Assembly (NCBI GenBank): GCA_964614395.1
Contig: CAZTLD010000001.1
Span: 1 to 25,572 of the forward strand
From: an uncultured Zetaproteobacteria bacterium
Lineage (GTDB): Bacteria; Pseudomonadota; Zetaproteobacteria; Mariprofundales; S012-25
Direction of reading: 5' to 3'
Length of the DNA stretch: 25,572 nt
Shown: piece by piece, positions 24,144 through 25,572 of the stretch
How the letters are laid out: each line of letters begins with the position of its first letter
Position numbering within the stretch: position 1 is the stretch's first letter
Position numbers and translations under genes: made by a program
Notes under the pieces: model-generated
What the model saw: only the letters and a program-made list of their open reading frames with translations
Told to the model about the DNA's origin: nothing
Database searches by the model: none

Positions 24144-24844
24144 TCCCGCTTTACGACGAAAACCCGACTGAGCGCCCGCCGATCGTCACGGTGGCGCTGA
24201 TCGCGGCGTGCGTGCTGGTGTTCTTCTGGGAGATCGCCGGGCCCGTGCAGTGGATGGAGGCCAAGATTTATGCACTCGGGATGATCCCAGCCGTGTTGTT
24301 CGGGCATGCCCAGCTTGATCCCGCCTTGCAGTGGGTGCCTGCGCCGCTGACCGTGTTCACCTCGATGTTCCTGCACGGCGGTTGGGCGCACTTGATCGGG
24401 AACATGCTCTACCTCTGGATCTTCGGCAACAATGTCGAAGACGCGATGGGGCATCTTCGTTTTCTCGTTTTCTACCTGCTGTGCGGCGTGGCGGCAGCGT
24501 TCACACAGGCGCTTTCCGCGCCGAGCTCGGAGATCCCGATGGTCGGCGCCTCCGGCGCGATTTCCGGGGTGCTGGGCGCATACTTGCTGCTGTTTCCGCA
24601 TGCCCGCGTGGTGGTGCTGATTCCGATGGGTTTCTTCACGCAGCTTCAGGCTTGGCCGGCCAAGATCGTATTAGGCTTCTGGTTCGCGCTGCAGGCGCTC
24701 TACGGCCTTTTTTCCGATCCCGCGAAGGGCGGTGTGGCGTTTCTCGCGCATGTGGGCGGGTTCATCGCCGGCATGCTGCTGGTAGGGATCTTCAAGCGCC
24801 GCGACGTTCCGCTCGGAGGCCGCCCCCACCTCCCGTTCGAGTAG
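24140..24844 (+). CDS. Rhomboid family intramembrane serine protease
   Basis: FTSMFLHGGWAHLIGNMLYLWIFG, catalytic GASGAISG and AHVGGF. ATGA overlap with fxsA. Confidence 0.93.
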   Translation: MIPLYDENPTERPPIVTVALIAACVLVFFWEIAGPVQWMEAKIYALGMIPAVLFGHAQLDPALQWVPAPLTVFTSMFLHGGWAHLIGNMLYLWIFGNNVEDAMGHLRFLVFYLLCGVAAAFTQALSAPSSEIPMVGASGAISGVLGAYLLLFPHARVVVLIPMGFFTQLQAWPAKIVLGFWFALQALYGLFSDPAKGGVAFLAHVGGFIAGMLLVGIFKRRDVPLGGRPHLPFE

Positions 24845-25555
24845 GCGCGTTTCCGCTTCGATCCGATCGCGGATGCGCGCAAGCAGCGCCTCTCGGGGGG
24901 TGGCCTCGACCTCTTCCGGCGTCAAAGGATCGAGGATGCGGATCTTCGCGACACCTGCGCGCTTGATCCATGATCTCGGCGGCCACACATGGCCGGTCGC
25001 GACCGCGACCGGCACGATCGCAGCCTTCGCGCGCTTCGCGATCCACACGCCACTGGCTTGGTAGGTGCCGGTCTTCCCCACCGGCACGCGCGTCCCTTCG
25101 GGAAAGATCGCCACCCACTTGCCTTGGGCAAGCGCCTTCACCCCGCGCGTGATCACATCTTTCACCGCCTGCCGTGGATTCTCCCGCTTGATCGCGATCG
25201 ATCCGATCGCAGCCAACGCCCAGCCGAAGATCGGAATAAAAATCAACTCCCGCTTCAACACCCACACGAAGCGCGGGACCACGAGCGGCATCGCGATCGT
25301 CTCCAGCGCCGACTGATGTTTGCTCATCACCACCGCCGGCGCCCGAACTTCGGAAAGCTTGCCCGTTCCCTCGATCTCTACGCGGACGCCGCAGCTGAGC
25401 CTCAGCCATGCGAGCGTGGCTCGGCTCCACGGGCGGGCGATGATCCAGCACACCCGCTCGCCGAACGGGCGAAGCAGCAGGATCAACGATGAACATAGCG
25501 CCGTCCAGGGCGCGAAAAACGCATAGAACACGAGCGAGCGAAGCGCTGCGATCAC
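24671..25555 (-). CDS. plsC: 1-acyl-sn-glycerol-3-phosphate acyltransferase, with a C-terminal extension overlapping the rhomboid gene
   Basis: SKHQSALE (HX4D-like), VLKREL..P.FGW and IFPEGTR motifs. GGGAG SD upstream of GTG 25555. Confidence 0.9.
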   Translation of the reverse strand: MIAALRSLVFYAFFAPWTALCSSLILLLRPFGERVCWIIARPWSRATLAWLRLSCGVRVEIEGTGKLSEVRAPAVVMSKHQSALETIAMPLVVPRFVWVLKRELIFIPIFGWALAAIGSIAIKRENPRQAVKDVITRGVKALAQGKWVAIFPEGTRVPVGKTGTYQASGVWIAKRAKAAIVPVAVATGHVWPPRSWIKRAGVAKIRILDPLTPEEVEATPREALLARIRDRIEAETRLLEREVGAASERNVAALEDPYQQHAGDEPAHMREKRHTALRGIGKKAVERLQREPEA

Positions 25556-25572
25556 GCAAGAAGCTCCCTGAT

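Noticed and set aside
1-25572. CRISPR arrays, IS elements, prophage, tRNA/rRNA or defence systems
   Set aside because: I found no regularly spaced repeats, transposase or integrase motifs, or structural RNA signatures. Almost every base is assigned to core genes.

Overview
A gene-dense, GC-rich bacterial chromosome segment made almost entirely of core genes, probably near the replication origin because it carries two perfect parS sites. There are four blocks. (1) Plus strand: galU (5'-partial), tsaB, low-molecular-weight PTP. (2) Minus strand: clc, uvrD, arsC, diverging from an AEC transporter, a Yip1-like gene and rnhA on the plus strand. (3) Minus strand: rpmH-rnpA-yidD-yidC-mnmE-prk, a terminator, then mnmG-rsmG-parA-parB-mtnA-omp85. 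(4) Plus strand: rpsF, a priB/ssb-like gene, rpsR, DUF2232, rplI, dnaB, alr, fxsA and a rhomboid protease, converging on plsC. I see no mobile elements, CRISPR arrays, tRNA or rRNA genes. The most unusual points are: a Calvin-cycle phosphoribulokinase inserted between mnmE and mnmG; two parS palindromes that coincide with the translation starts of mnmG and parA (one also contains the rsmG stop codon); probable CTG start codons coupled to upstream TGA stops (rnpA, possibly mnmE); no dnaA next to rpmH; an S6:S18-type rpsF leader; a divergent Trp-rich PriB/SSB-like protein; a degenerate-looking RsmG; a small single-POTRA Omp85; and a 174-nt antisense overlap of plsC with the rhomboid gene. A chemolithoautotrophic proteobacterial host (possibly Zetaproteobacteria-like) is my inference only. 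No database searches were run.
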